DNA of 64,000 nt from Candidatus Thorarchaeota archaeon (GCA_029858305.1 JAOUFI010000001.1:128087-192086), one strand, 5' to 3'; counted from the first letter of the stretch, positions 1 through 8,121 are shown. Program-made: numbers and translations. The notes: generated from the sequence alone by a model not told the origin.

Positions 1-24
1 AATGCCAAAATTAAAAGTCCAAAT

Positions 25-612
25 TTAGACCCTTAGCGAGCCACGGAACCCCCTAACGCCATAGAAAGAGGGTGCACTATTATGATACAAGAAGACAGTG
101 TTGTAGCGGCGATCCATAAAGATAGCGCCACCAAGTCTTCTAATATCAGAGGGTGTTATCACCCAACTCGATGTTGTTGTGTCGAAATTTCCAAGTTTCT
201 GCAACTCTCGATATTGTTCTTCTGTTAAAAGCTCGATACCAATGGCAGCAGCCATATCAATAGCGTTACCTTTTGGATGAATCCCCTTCTTTTCCCTCGC
301 TTCCTGGCCTTCGCGGTCATAACAGACATTTACGCGGCCCTTGGGGCTCTGTGCTGAACAATCATAAAAGATGTATTCGCCTGTCTTTTTATCATGGGCA
401 ACAACATCTGGTTCACCGCCAGTTCTTTCCATTTCATTAAGTGACCACAATTTTTCGCCATTATCTTCCAGCTTTGCTTGTACTTTAGCCCATTCAAGAC
501 CTTTATGTCGGTTCATGTTTTTTTCAAAGCGGGTTTTCAATATGCTGAGCAGTTCTTCACGTTGCTTGGGGGATAACTCCTTTTTGACTACTGTATTTGA
601 TGATTTAGGCAT
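25..612 (-). CDS. DUF4256 family protein (bacterial-type domain of unknown function). The track ORF extends to 786, but the likely start is the internal Met (MPKSSNTVV...) because the upstream extension runs into repeat copy A.
   Basis: The translated ORF has the conserved DUF4256-like C-terminal block NAIDMAAAIGIELLTEEQYRELQKLGNFDTTTSSWVITPSDIRRLGGAIFMDRRYNTVFLYHN, recognised from memory. The extension of the ORF beyond 612 overlaps the repeat element. Confidence 0.55.
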   Translation of the reverse strand: MPKSSNTVVKKELSPKQREELLSILKTRFEKNMNRHKGLEWAKVQAKLEDNGEKLWSLNEMERTGGEPDVVAHDKKTGEYIFYDCSAQSPKGRVNVCYDREGQEAREKKGIHPKGNAIDMAAAIGIELLTEEQYRELQKLGNFDTTTSSWVITPSDIRRLGGAIFMDRRYNTVFLYHNSAPSFYGVRGFRGSLRV

Positions 613-767
613 AACTATAGTTATTGTTCTGCGCTTATAAAATCGATTTTGCAGGAAAACGTTTACTTTGTAATGATTACTATTTGGATTAGTAAAGAAT
701 CCTAGGAAAGTTCCAGGATTTATCATGGGTACATATGTTTCTAGAATTACAAAATGCACTCTGAAAA

Positions 768-852
768 ATGAAAGGTGGCTCAACAATGACAGGCGAGGGA
801 AATTACCCCTGAATACCTGACCCCATCAGCCTATACCCCAAGTCCATCTGAG
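768..852 (+). repeat. Copy A of the 16S-3'-trailer-like direct repeat (atgaaaggtggctcaacaatgacaggcgagggaaattacccctgaatacctgaccccatcagcctataccccaagtccatctgagg). It has 1 indel and a few substitutions relative to copy H.
   Basis: Near-identity over about 85 nt to the sequence immediately 3' of the 16S gene (copy H at about 9519-9616). It lies in the intergenic gap between the divergent genes 25-612(-) and 1113-2258(+). Confidence 0.9.
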
Positions 853-1112
853 GTGTCAATAAGCAGAGCGTTAGACTCATCAAAGGCTTAACAGTTATAA
901 TAGAGCAGGTTCCCGAACGCTAAATCTAGCTATGCATACAATTCATCTTGGGATGTTTGAACACTACCAAAATCACGAACAACCTGCTGTAAACACTAGT
1001 TTTAATTCAATAAACCGCTCTCACTCATGGTACTTCACTCTATCTTCATGCATTTTGAAAATTGCGAGAATGGAAATTGAGGCATAGATGCAAATTGGCT
1101 AGGAAGTAAAGG

Positions 1113-2258
1113 ATGATGAAGACCAGACTCATTGTGATCACTTGCGTTCTAGGTTTAGTCCTCATTTTAAACGCAATACCAAGCTTTTTCGTGGAAGGAG
1201 CAAGCGCGAATCAAATAGTGCTAACAAAAACGGGACAAATTGATACTGGTGACGCTTACGATTTGTGGATTGATCCAGAAAATGACATAGCCTGTGTTAC
1301 GTGTGGTTACTCGGGAATCAAAATCTTTGACATAAGCGACCCCCATAGCCCAACTGGGATAGCGAACGTGTCTTCTTCTTTGAGTGGATATGCTCACCAA
1401 CTCGTCGTGCGTGATAATCTAATGTACATTGGTGATGGCCAGGGTGGACTCAAAATCATTGATGTTACAGATGTGTCTAATCCTGTTGTTTTGAACCAGT
1501 ATACTGGTGATTATGCATGGGATGTAGAAGTAATAGGAAACACTGCTTTTGTGGCCAATGGGTTTATGGGTAGTGGTGACAAACTGACGGTAGTCAATAT
1601 CACAGACCCTACGGAACCCGTGTTATTAGGAAATCATACTACAGTTGGAGATGCAACAGATATTGAGATTGTGGAGAATCTCGCATTTTTGACGACAAGT
1701 TATGCGGGATTTACTGTTTTTAACATTAGTAACCATACAAATCCAATACAACTCGGACAGTATGAAGGAGAATCAACTAGTAATGCAGAATTAGGAGACC
1801 TTGAAATCGTAGGAAACCTAGCTTTTCTAAGTTACTGGGATAAGAGCTTTAAAGTGCTCAATATTAGCGACATATCAAACATCAGAGTGCTAACGGAATT
1901 CAATGAAAGTCTGAGCACGTTTTCTGTATATATTGAGAAAGATCGCAATCTTGCCTTTCTCTGCGATTATGAATTAGGTCTTCTACTGCTGGATATTTCT
2001 ATTCCAAATCAACTTAGTGAAGTAGCCCGTTATTTTGATGGCGGCAAACCATGTCGTATTGAAGTTGTTGGTAATCTAGTCTATATGACGGACCAAGAGA
2101 ACGGATTCGTCATTCTAGAGATTGGCGAGATTAGCGGGTTCACAGTAGGCCCGGAGCATTTCTTACTCATTGGAGGTTTAGCTGCTGTCATTGTGCTGAT
2201 TTGGCAGCTGAAAAAAGGGAGAAAATCTGGTCTTAGTGCGGCAACCCTGAATACCTGA
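1113..2258 (+). CDS. LVIVD-repeat (beta-propeller) surface protein with an N-terminal signal or TM segment and a C-terminal TM anchor followed by KKGRK.
   Basis: There are repeated motifs of the GxxAxxL(V/A)V.DN.(A/M)Y(I/L)GDG..GLKIIDV/FDISD type, typical of LVIVD repeats. Hydrophobic N- and C-termini are present. The last 5 codons and the stop codon are supplied by repeat copy B. Confidence 0.75.
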   Translation: MMKTRLIVITCVLGLVLILNAIPSFFVEGASANQIVLTKTGQIDTGDAYDLWIDPENDIACVTCGYSGIKIFDISDPHSPTGIANVSSSLSGYAHQLVVRDNLMYIGDGQGGLKIIDVTDVSNPVVLNQYTGDYAWDVEVIGNTAFVANGFMGSGDKLTVVNITDPTEPVLLGNHTTVGDATDIEIVENLAFLTTSYAGFTVFNISNHTNPIQLGQYEGESTSNAELGDLEIVGNLAFLSYWDKSFKVLNISDISNIRVLTEFNESLSTFSVYIEKDRNLAFLCDYELGLLLLDISIPNQLSEVARYFDGGKPCRIEVVGNLVYMTDQENGFVILEIGEISGFTVGPEHFLLIGGLAAVIVLIWQLKKGRKSGLSAATLNT

Positions 2259-2282
2259 CCCCGTCAGCCTCCACTTCTAACC
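2244..2282 (+). repeat. Copy B, a partial copy containing only the 3' half of the repeat family (ccctgaatacctgaccccgtcagcctccacttctaacc).
   Basis: It shares the core ctgaatacctgaccccgtcagcc with the other copies and the tail variant seen in copies E and F. It overlaps the 3' end of CDS 1113-2258 and provides that gene's stop codon. Confidence 0.75.
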
Positions 2283-2285
2283 ATC

Positions 2286-2597
2286 ATGAACTATTTATTC
2301 GTTCAAGCAAATATTACACACAGGCTGTTCATTTTGTCAAATAATCAAGAATGGAGCAAAAGCTCTGAAAACTTATTATACTCATCTGAAGAGCTGAAAT
2401 CTAACCGACCAAAATGTATCTTTCGCATCCTAGCAGCAGTGTTGACATTAGGATTGATCTTGACATTTCCCGGATTTCCATTACAGCACTCACTAATCTT
2501 CGTACTTTACTTGGAGTTTTTTGGCTGTTTTATCATGATATATAGTTTCATCCATTGGAATTCAATAATGAAAAACAAGCAAAAAGATACCACTTAA
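2286..2597 (+). CDS. Small hypothetical membrane protein with 2 predicted TM helices.
   Basis: The ORF is bracketed by repeat copies B and C. It has hydrophobic segments (ILAAVLTLGLILTFPGF and LIFVLYLEFFGCFIMIYSFI). No recognisable domain was found. Confidence 0.35.
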   Translation: MNYLFVQANITHRLFILSNNQEWSKSSENLLYSSEELKSNRPKCIFRILAAVLTLGLILTFPGFPLQHSLIFVLYLEFFGCFIMIYSFIHWNSIMKNKQKDTT

Positions 2598-2686
2598 CAA
2601 AGAATTGTGCGACTAGTTTAGAAAAATTGATTCACACAAAATAATACAATCAGGGAACCAACTGGGAGATAGATATATGGAAAAAG

Positions 2687-2776
2687 GAAAAGGGTGGCTC
2701 AACAATGACAGGCGAGGGAAAGTACCCCTGAATACCTGACCCCGTCAGCCTATACCCCAAGTCCATCTGAGATGGA
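2687..2776 (+). repeat. Copy C of the 16S-trailer-like repeat. Over this span it is essentially identical to copy H.
   Basis: The sequence is aaagggtggctcaacaatgacaggcgagggaaagtacccctgaatacctgaccccgtcagcctataccccaagtccatctgagatgga. It ends with the small hairpin tccatc-tga-gatgga. Confidence 0.92.
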
Positions 2777-2804
2777 AGTTACTTGTTTTCAGTAATTGTA
2801 TCTT

Positions 2805-3431
2805 TTAGGGCTTGAATTTTTTGAAACATTTCGGACAGACTACAAAACCATCTGGCCTTATTATGCCACTAATTGAAATCTCTGAATTACAAGATGGACA
2901 ATTCTGGGTTGAACCTTGTTGGGTCTCGGGGACGTTCCCTCCCAATTTTCTTAATTCGGGCTCGGGTGAGTGCTTTTTGGTCTGTTCTGTGAGGTACTGA
3001 TCGAACGCTCTATCCGGGATGCCACTTCCCGTTGACAGATGTGTCCTGAGATTTCTGTAGTCTCCCATTCCGCGGTCTATCGCTCCTGATAACACAGCAT
3101 GCACCTTAACACCATTCGTCATCTCGGTGAACGTAAGCTCGATTAACATATAGACCACACTCTTACTGGTTGCTTTGATAGCGTCGAGAACTTTGAATGG
3201 GTTCAAAGGGTTAATGGGCAGTATTATTCCAACCTGCCAATCTGTTATCAACTGGGCAGAGTTACCTCCCATCAATAAATGGTACTTCGTTCCAATAGGG
3301 ATAACTCGCGTCCAGTGTTCAATTCCGTCAAACGCATCCTGAATAGAAGATTCAGGAGGAAGCATGAAATCCTCTTCGAATGTCCCCAAATTACGTACCA
3401 ACTCCAGGATTTGATTCGTCAAGTATCGCAT
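2805..3431 (-). CDS. Hypothetical protein with a C-terminal zinc-ribbon (CPSC...CPKC).
   Basis: This is a 208-aa ORF in the cassette between repeat copies C and D. It has a terminal C-x2-C ... C-x2-C motif. No confident family assignment could be made. Confidence 0.5.
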   Translation of the reverse strand: MRYLTNQILELVRNLGTFEEDFMLPPESSIQDAFDGIEHWTRVIPIGTKYHLLMGGNSAQLITDWQVGIILPINPLNPFKVLDAIKATSKSVVYMLIELTFTEMTNGVKVHAVLSGAIDRGMGDYRNLRTHLSTGSGIPDRAFDQYLTEQTKKHSPEPELRKLGGNVPETQQGSTQNCPSCNSEISISGIIRPDGFVVCPKCFKKFKP

Positions 3432-3506
3432 ATATGTATGTTTTGAACCTTAGTCAGGAAAAAAGGATGAAAATTGATTCAACTTATTCTGAAGCATATT
3501 GCAAAA

Positions 3507-3596
3507 GAGAAAGGGTGGCTCAACAACGACAGGCGAGGGAAAGTACCCCTGAATACCTGACCCCGTCAGCCTATACCCCAGTCCATATGAGATGGA
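3507..3596 (+). repeat. Copy D of the 16S-trailer-like repeat.
   Basis: The sequence is gaaagggtggctcaacaacgacaggcgagggaaagtacccctgaatacctgaccccgtcagcctataccccagtccatatgagatgga. It differs from copy H by a few point substitutions and one indel. Confidence 0.92.
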
Positions 3597-3605
3597 TGAC
3601 TTGTA

Positions 3606-4661
3606 TCATCCATAAACTCTTTTCAGGATTCTACAAATAAAGAAAGTAGTCCACGGAGACCACTCTTTCTTTTGACCAAAAGACCAATCTTTGAATTCAC
3701 GATATGTCGACTCAGGTGTAAAATGCCCTTTTTTATCAGCATTTGATATAACTACTGATAGCATATCTTGGAAAGCTGGTTCCTTTGACAGTACTTGATA
3801 GCGGCTCAATGTATCAAGCACTTCACCAATGTTATACCAGAAAAAGGGAGGACGAAGCTTTCGAAATCTCGTACCATGACCAAACATGTAAGGCCTTTCT
3901 TCTTTTGATCTCTCCCAACAGCTCAGAATCACCTTTCCTGCAGTAACCAGATTCTTTGGTCGCATATCTTCCGACAATAGGGAGAACAGCCGTAGAGCTT
4001 CAAGAGTCACTTGAGGGCATATATCATCCCTTTTTCCCGGACCACGGGCATTATTGACACTATTAGGTTCACATTTCCAAGCTATTCCTTGATTCGTGAC
4101 CTTGAGATGGTCAGTGATAAATGCTAGTGCATTTCGAACTTCTTTGGAGTTTTGATAACAACCAAGTAGCAGTGTTTCGGTAATGATATGTGTGTCACAA
4201 AGATTGGAGCCAAGTTCAGGTTGCTTCTTTGGAAATCTAGCTAATGATAAGAACCTCCCATTATCATCTTGTAGACTTTTCATCTGATTTAGCAAATCAT
4301 CAATGCGCTGATCATCGGTCGGTTTTACTCCAAAGTCAAAGAGGAGTAGTAAAACAGATGGAGGATAATCTGATTTATCGTGTCCCTTCACTAAATAGCT
4401 AGACCAGTCTTTGGGAAGGCTGTTAATGAGCGATTTCACTCTTTCATCGGATAAAACTAATTCTCGTTGCTTGCGAACAGAGGGATCAGTTTCTGGAATA
4501 CATAGTAAATCTACAATTGTCCTGTATCTTGTGAAGGGTTCATCACAACTAACTAACTCCAGTCTAGGATCGGTACCAAGTGGTCTTGCCCACTTGGGAG
4601 TTTCCCTAATAGCATCCTCTGCTACTTTTGGAATGTTTATCGATGACATTAGTACGTGCAA
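3606..4661 (-). CDS. Hypothetical protein of 351 aa. No confident domain assignment was possible.
   Basis: A long ORF fills the cassette between repeat copies D and E. Confidence 0.5.
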   Translation of the reverse strand: MHVLMSSINIPKVAEDAIRETPKWARPLGTDPRLELVSCDEPFTRYRTIVDLLCIPETDPSVRKQRELVLSDERVKSLINSLPKDWSSYLVKGHDKSDYPPSVLLLLFDFGVKPTDDQRIDDLLNQMKSLQDDNGRFLSLARFPKKQPELGSNLCDTHIITETLLLGCYQNSKEVRNALAFITDHLKVTNQGIAWKCEPNSVNNARGPGKRDDICPQVTLEALRLFSLLSEDMRPKNLVTAGKVILSCWERSKEERPYMFGHGTRFRKLRPPFFWYNIGEVLDTLSRYQVLSKEPAFQDMLSVVISNADKKGHFTPESTYREFKDWSFGQKKEWSPWTTFFICRILKRVYG

Positions 4662-4704
4662 TATCGAAAATCAGTCTTTTAACAAATCCTATCTCCGGGC
4701 AAAA

Positions 4705-4792
4705 ATGAAAGGGTGGTTCAACAGTACAGGTACGGAAAAGTACTCCTGAATACCTGACCCCGTCAGCCTCTACTTCTACCTATCTGAGAGAG
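4705..4792 (+). repeat. Copy E of the repeat. It is the most diverged copy and has an alternative 3' tail (cctctacttctacctatctgagagag).
   Basis: The sequence is atgaaagggtggttcaacagtacaggtacggaaaagtactcctgaatacctgaccccgtcagcctctacttctacc... The core ctgaatacctgaccccgtcagcc is retained. Confidence 0.85.
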
Positions 4793-4793
4793 A

Positions 4794-5075
4794 TTATTCC
4801 AACCACTTGTAACCTCGGCTTCTATGGATTATTTCAGTGACTCGAACATCATGATTTACTACAAAGTAGATTGCTCTATAATCACCAATGCGTAATCGGA
4901 AAAGAGGTGGTTCATCGTGAGAGATGAGTTTCTTGATGTCAGCCCCAGACCGTCTTCGAAACGGGTCATCTTCAAGCTCCTTTAGTCCGGCTTTGATTCG
5001 ATTCTTCTGCCTAAACTCTAACAGGTCCAATTGAGCCACTGCAGTCTTGGATAAGAAGATACTATACGTGGTCAA
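4794..5075 (-). CDS. RelE/ParE-family toxin (type II toxin-antitoxin mRNA interferase). The track ORF runs to 5147, but a TTG start at about 5075 gives a typical 93-aa toxin that overlaps the antitoxin stop by 14 nt.
   Basis: The C-terminal motif is RIGDYRAIYFVVNHDVRVTEIIHRSRGYKW, matching the RelE/ParE conserved core. The gene is immediately downstream of, and overlaps, a small RHH-like ORF. Confidence 0.7.
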   Translation of the reverse strand: MTTYSIFLSKTAVAQLDLLEFRQKNRIKAGLKELEDDPFRRRSGADIKKLISHDEPPLFRLRIGDYRAIYFVVNHDVRVTEIIHRSRGYKWLE

Positions 5076-5259
5076 GGGGAACGAACTCCTCTTCTTCGAG
5101 AATTCGTCTCTGTCTTCTCGCAAACTCAACCTGCTCTGCAACTTCAAGGAGGCGGCGGATTAACTCATCGTAGGTTTCACCTTTCTGACCATACTTCTTC
5201 AAGAGATCACGAGTTTCCTTTGATAAGGGAATAGTAGTTGTTTCACCCATATCTATCAT
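5062..5259 (-). CDS. Antitoxin, a ribbon-helix-helix (CopG-like) small protein paired with the RelE/ParE toxin.
   Basis: It is 65 aa, and the N-terminus (TIPLSKETRDLLKKYGQKGETYDELIRRLLE) has an RHH-like beta-alpha-alpha pattern. It has the classic upstream-overlapping position relative to the toxin. Confidence 0.6.
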   Translation of the reverse strand: MIDMGETTTIPLSKETRDLLKKYGQKGETYDELIRRLLEVAEQVEFARRQRRILEEEEFVPLDHV

Positions 5260-5261
5260 AA

Positions 5262-5295
5262 CTTATAATGTTGATAATTACTTATAACTTCATAG
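5262..5295 (-). promoter_or_regulatory. Putative archaeal promoter of the TA operon (a TTATAAG TATA-like box about 25 nt upstream of the antitoxin ATG), suggesting a leaderless mRNA.
   Basis: On the minus strand the sequence upstream of ATG 5259 reads ...aagTTATAAGtaattatcaacaTTATAAGatg. This was identified by reading the sequence only. Confidence 0.25.
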
Positions 5296-5401
5296 ATTCT
5301 GTTCCCTTATTGAATCACTAAACGATAATTAATTTTCTGTTGCAATATAAGTATGGGGCGTATTGCCTTTGTGGTACTCATGAACATAATTCTATCTCGA
5401 T

Positions 5402-6511
5402 TCAAGTATATTCGTAATTGTGATACTTTCCGAAGAATCTATTCAATTCATCCACTTCTTCTTTTAATAAGGTGTCAATATCGGTGTGAATTGTGTCAAG
5501 AGGAGTAATGAGGATAGATGGTTGTTTTTTGCGTCTTCCGAATTTCCAAGTCGCAATTGTCCATCCATCATAAATGACAGTGGAACGAATTATGCCACCA
5601 CCTGGCCAAACCTTTGGCTCATCTTCATTGGAAACTGCATGTTTTCGATTTGAATACCCAAGCAGATAGTTATCAAAAGCAGGAAGAAGACGAACAGACG
5701 GCCTCTCATTGCCACGTTCAAGTTCTAAGTCTTTAGTTAGCATTTTCATGGGATTTTTGCCACTGGTGACTTCCGTTGTTATTGGATCAAGAGTAGCCCA
5801 AGCTTTTCGAAGCCTCCTCATTGGCAATTTTGACCAAGATGACAGGTCTTCTATTGTTGCTGGCTGATATGCAGATAGGTATCGAAGAGCAAGCGCATGT
5901 AACATGGAATTCTCTTTTTCTAACGGTTTGAGATCCACCCAATCACCTAATGACCCGAAGGCTTCCTCTTTTCCTTTCGGAGCAACTTCACAGATATGTC
6001 CAAGTAACGCGGCACGACGAATGAGGTGATATGGTGCCTGACCTTTCCTGTCAAAAGTCATGCCATGATTTAGAAGAGTTTCAATTATCTCAGCACGGGT
6101 TTGTGGCCCATGTTTCTTTACACTATCCAAGATAATTTCTATCGCTGTTTCTGCAAGATTATCATTGAATCCTAGATTATTGAGCCTTTTACGACTCCGT
6201 GAAGCAAATGTTGATCCACATAGCGATAATAACCAAGAAACATCCTCAGATGCAAGATAGTGTAGTGTCCCTCTCATACACCAAGTCCGTATAATGGACT
6301 GAGAAGAAAAGCGGCTTTGGTCTATATCTTTGATTGTCAAACCTCTACTCCGAGCTTGGATACCGATATTTGCTGCTGAAACTTCTTGAGCTTGAATACC
6401 AAATACTCTAGCTACAATACTGGCTACATCCCGAGATTCATTTCTTGGTTCGAGTTGTTGTGATCTTAAACGGATTCGTCTGATAGCATCTTCAGAGAGA
6501 AAAACATCCAT
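5402..6511 (-). CDS. Winged-helix DNA-binding protein of the YcaQ/AlkZ family (putative crosslink-repair DNA glycosylase).
   Basis: It is 369 aa. The motifs (...CMRGTLHYLASEDVSWLL..., ...LLPAFDNYLLGYSNRKH..., ...YDGWTIATWKF) fit the DUF1006/HTH_42 AlkZ-like family, recognised from memory. Confidence 0.6.
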   Translation of the reverse strand: MDVFLSEDAIRRIRLRSQQLEPRNESRDVASIVARVFGIQAQEVSAANIGIQARSRGLTIKDIDQSRFSSQSIIRTWCMRGTLHYLASEDVSWLLSLCGSTFASRSRKRLNNLGFNDNLAETAIEIILDSVKKHGPQTRAEIIETLLNHGMTFDRKGQAPYHLIRRAALLGHICEVAPKGKEEAFGSLGDWVDLKPLEKENSMLHALALRYLSAYQPATIEDLSSWSKLPMRRLRKAWATLDPITTEVTSGKNPMKMLTKDLELERGNERPSVRLLPAFDNYLLGYSNRKHAVSNEDEPKVWPGGGIIRSTVIYDGWTIATWKFGRRKKQPSILITPLDTIHTDIDTLLKEEVDELNRFFGKYHNYEYT

Positions 6512-6676
6512 GTGATGTCTAATACTTCAGATTTAGAAATGTGTTTCCATGGTCTTTTCCATGGCTAGGTCGGTACTGCTTGCAAACTCCTCACGAGATG
6601 TCTGATTAATGCAGTCAACTTCATTTTGGATATTCACATAATAGAATACAAACTGAAAATGATAAACTACTACAAA

Positions 6677-6800
6677 ATAGAAAGGGTGGCTCAACAATGA
6701 CAGGCGAGGGAAAGTACCCCTGAATACCTGACCCCGTCGAGGCCCGTACCTCTTCCTGCTCCGAAGAACAGGAACAGCTGCTTCTACCTCTATGAGATAG
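6677..6800 (+). repeat. Copy F of the repeat. The 5' module is intact, then a roughly 42-bp internal replacement (gaggcccgtacctcttcctgctccgaagaacaggaacagctg, containing the hairpin ttcctg-N10-caggaa), then a tail ending in the hairpin tctat-gag-ataga.
   Basis: The first 62 nt match copy H, with divergence and insertion after gaccccgtc. The terminal small hairpin is preserved by compensatory changes. Confidence 0.85.
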
Positions 6801-6871
6801 AATACATAGGAGGTGATTGATGGAAGTGAGAATGACTCTCATCTTCTTCCATCCGCAGCTTCCGCTACGGA
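6801..6871 (+). other. Duplicated fragment of the 16S rRNA 3' terminus (aatacataggaggtgat / ccatccgcagcttccgctacgga, antisense to 16S), split by a 31-bp insertion (tgatggaagtgagaatgactctcatcttctt).
   Basis: The flanking blocks match 9611-9653, the real 16S 3' end plus the start of the trailer, except for the 31-bp insert. The HNH gene stop codon (plus-strand cta) lies within the fragment. Confidence 0.8.
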
Positions 6872-7413
6872 TTCTTTGCTAAAACACTCTCTAGACAATA
6901 AACCGTTAAAGTGGATTCATCACAAAGATAACCTAGTTCACAATTCAAGCACAACGTTTCGAGCTGCTCTCTTCCTAAGTCCAGATTTCCTTTTTCTTCA
7001 TGTAAGCGATAGAGGAGTTTCAGGTACTTTCCTTCGGCTATCCGAGGAACTTCGTTTCGTTTGTCCAGTTTGAACCATTCGTACAAGCCTCTTCCTCCCT
7101 TTGAGGAGTTGCACTCCCTACAAGCCATTACAACATTGTCGGAAGTATCGGGTCCGCCTTTACTTCTAGGTGCAAGGTGGTCGTAAGAGAGGTTCTCTGT
7201 TGCTCCACAATAGATGCATTGGTTTGGCATTTCTCGTTCGCGAATGTACTCTTGAATGGACCCTGACCATTCAATCTTTCCAGATTGGAGCTTTTTGAAA
7301 CGATTCATTATGAAGCCAAACTGATTCTTCCCGATTCCTGCTGAGGCTGAGATAATCTTGGAATATTGCCAATAGAGTAGATCTCTGATGGTCTTGACTG
7401 CAGAGGGTGGCAT
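6865..7413 (-). CDS. HNH endonuclease.
   Basis: The motif CIYCGATENLSYDHLAPRSKGGPDTSDNVVMACRECNSSKGG has the CxxC...H-N-H...CxxC architecture. The 3' end of the ORF abuts and overlaps the 16S-terminus-like fragment. Confidence 0.75.
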   Translation of the reverse strand: MPPSAVKTIRDLLYWQYSKIISASAGIGKNQFGFIMNRFKKLQSGKIEWSGSIQEYIREREMPNQCIYCGATENLSYDHLAPRSKGGPDTSDNVVMACRECNSSKGGRGLYEWFKLDKRNEVPRIAEGKYLKLLYRLHEEKGNLDLGREQLETLCLNCELGYLCDESTLTVYCLESVLAKNP

Positions 7414-7606
7414 CGTTTGACCTTCTATCTATTGTATATTCTGTTTTTTGCCTTATCAGTTTAGAGGTCATTGTTTCTCTGAATCAGTTTTCGTTTCAAT
7501 CAACTGAGAGGTCATTATATGGTGAAGAGAACAGCTCAACGATATTTTGACAGTTGCACACAAAGGAATAAAAGCTAAGAGAAGAGGGATATAGAAAGAG
7601 GGCGCA

Positions 7607-7843
7607 TTGGATGCCCTCGAAAAAGCGTGTGAGGAGGAATTCGCGATTAATTATCCCAAAATTCTATCAGTAGTAGTTTGTGTTCTCGTAGCATTGTCAT
7701 TATTGGCAGTCTTTCTTACTGGCACTGTATCATCTTATGCAAATGCGGCTATACTGACCAGTGGGTTCCAAGTAGCTGCTATTGCCTTTGGCCTATCAGC
7801 AATTGCCTTAGCCATACTAAGACTCAGCTATAGAGAAACCTGA
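7607..7843 (+). CDS. Small hypothetical membrane protein with 2 TM segments.
   Basis: It is 78 aa with hydrophobic stretches. It lies between the HNH gene and repeat copy G. Confidence 0.4.
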   Translation: MDALEKACEEEFAINYPKILSVVVCVLVALSLLAVFLTGTVSSYANAAILTSGFQVAAIAFGLSAIALAILRLSYRET

Positions 7844-7896
7844 TACTTCTCCATTCAAACTTGGTCATTGACGAGCAAATGCAAGAACGAGAAATG

Positions 7897-7978
7897 AGAG
7901 GGTGGCTCAACAATGACAGGCGAGGGAAAGTACCCCTGATTACCTGACCCTGTCAGCCTCTACCCCAAGTTCATCGGT
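7897..7978 (+). repeat. Copy G of the repeat, diverged in its 3' tail (cctctaccccaagttcatcgg).
   Basis: The sequence is gagagggtggctcaacaatgacaggcgagggaaagtacccctgattacctgaccctgtcagcctctaccccaagttcatc. Confidence 0.88.
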
Positions 7979-8121
7979 ACTAATCTATTACAACCGTTTG
8001 TATCCCTATATGAGAGAATCTGATGAAATGGGCAAAGAAAGAAGTATACATAGGTGATTGCTGTCTGAACTTCAGAGGATTTATCTGTGTGTTAGCAGTC
8101 GTATTTCGGTTTAGGAGTTAA

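Noticed and set aside
371-640. Plus-strand ORF 371-640 antisense within the DUF4256 gene, and similar antisense ORFs throughout the track (for example 8397-8591, 9031-9318, 12359-12986, 13106-14130, 16299-16670, 17699-18105, 18436-18990, 20183-20464, 22187-22516, 26138-26528 and 28079-28693).
   Set aside because: They are embedded antisense or out of frame in longer ORFs with clear homology. This is the typical six-frame artefact.
6621-7073. ORFs 6621-6842(-) and 6813-7073(+).
   Set aside because: Both run through repeat copy F and the 16S-terminus fragment or are antisense to the HNH gene. They have low complexity and no support.
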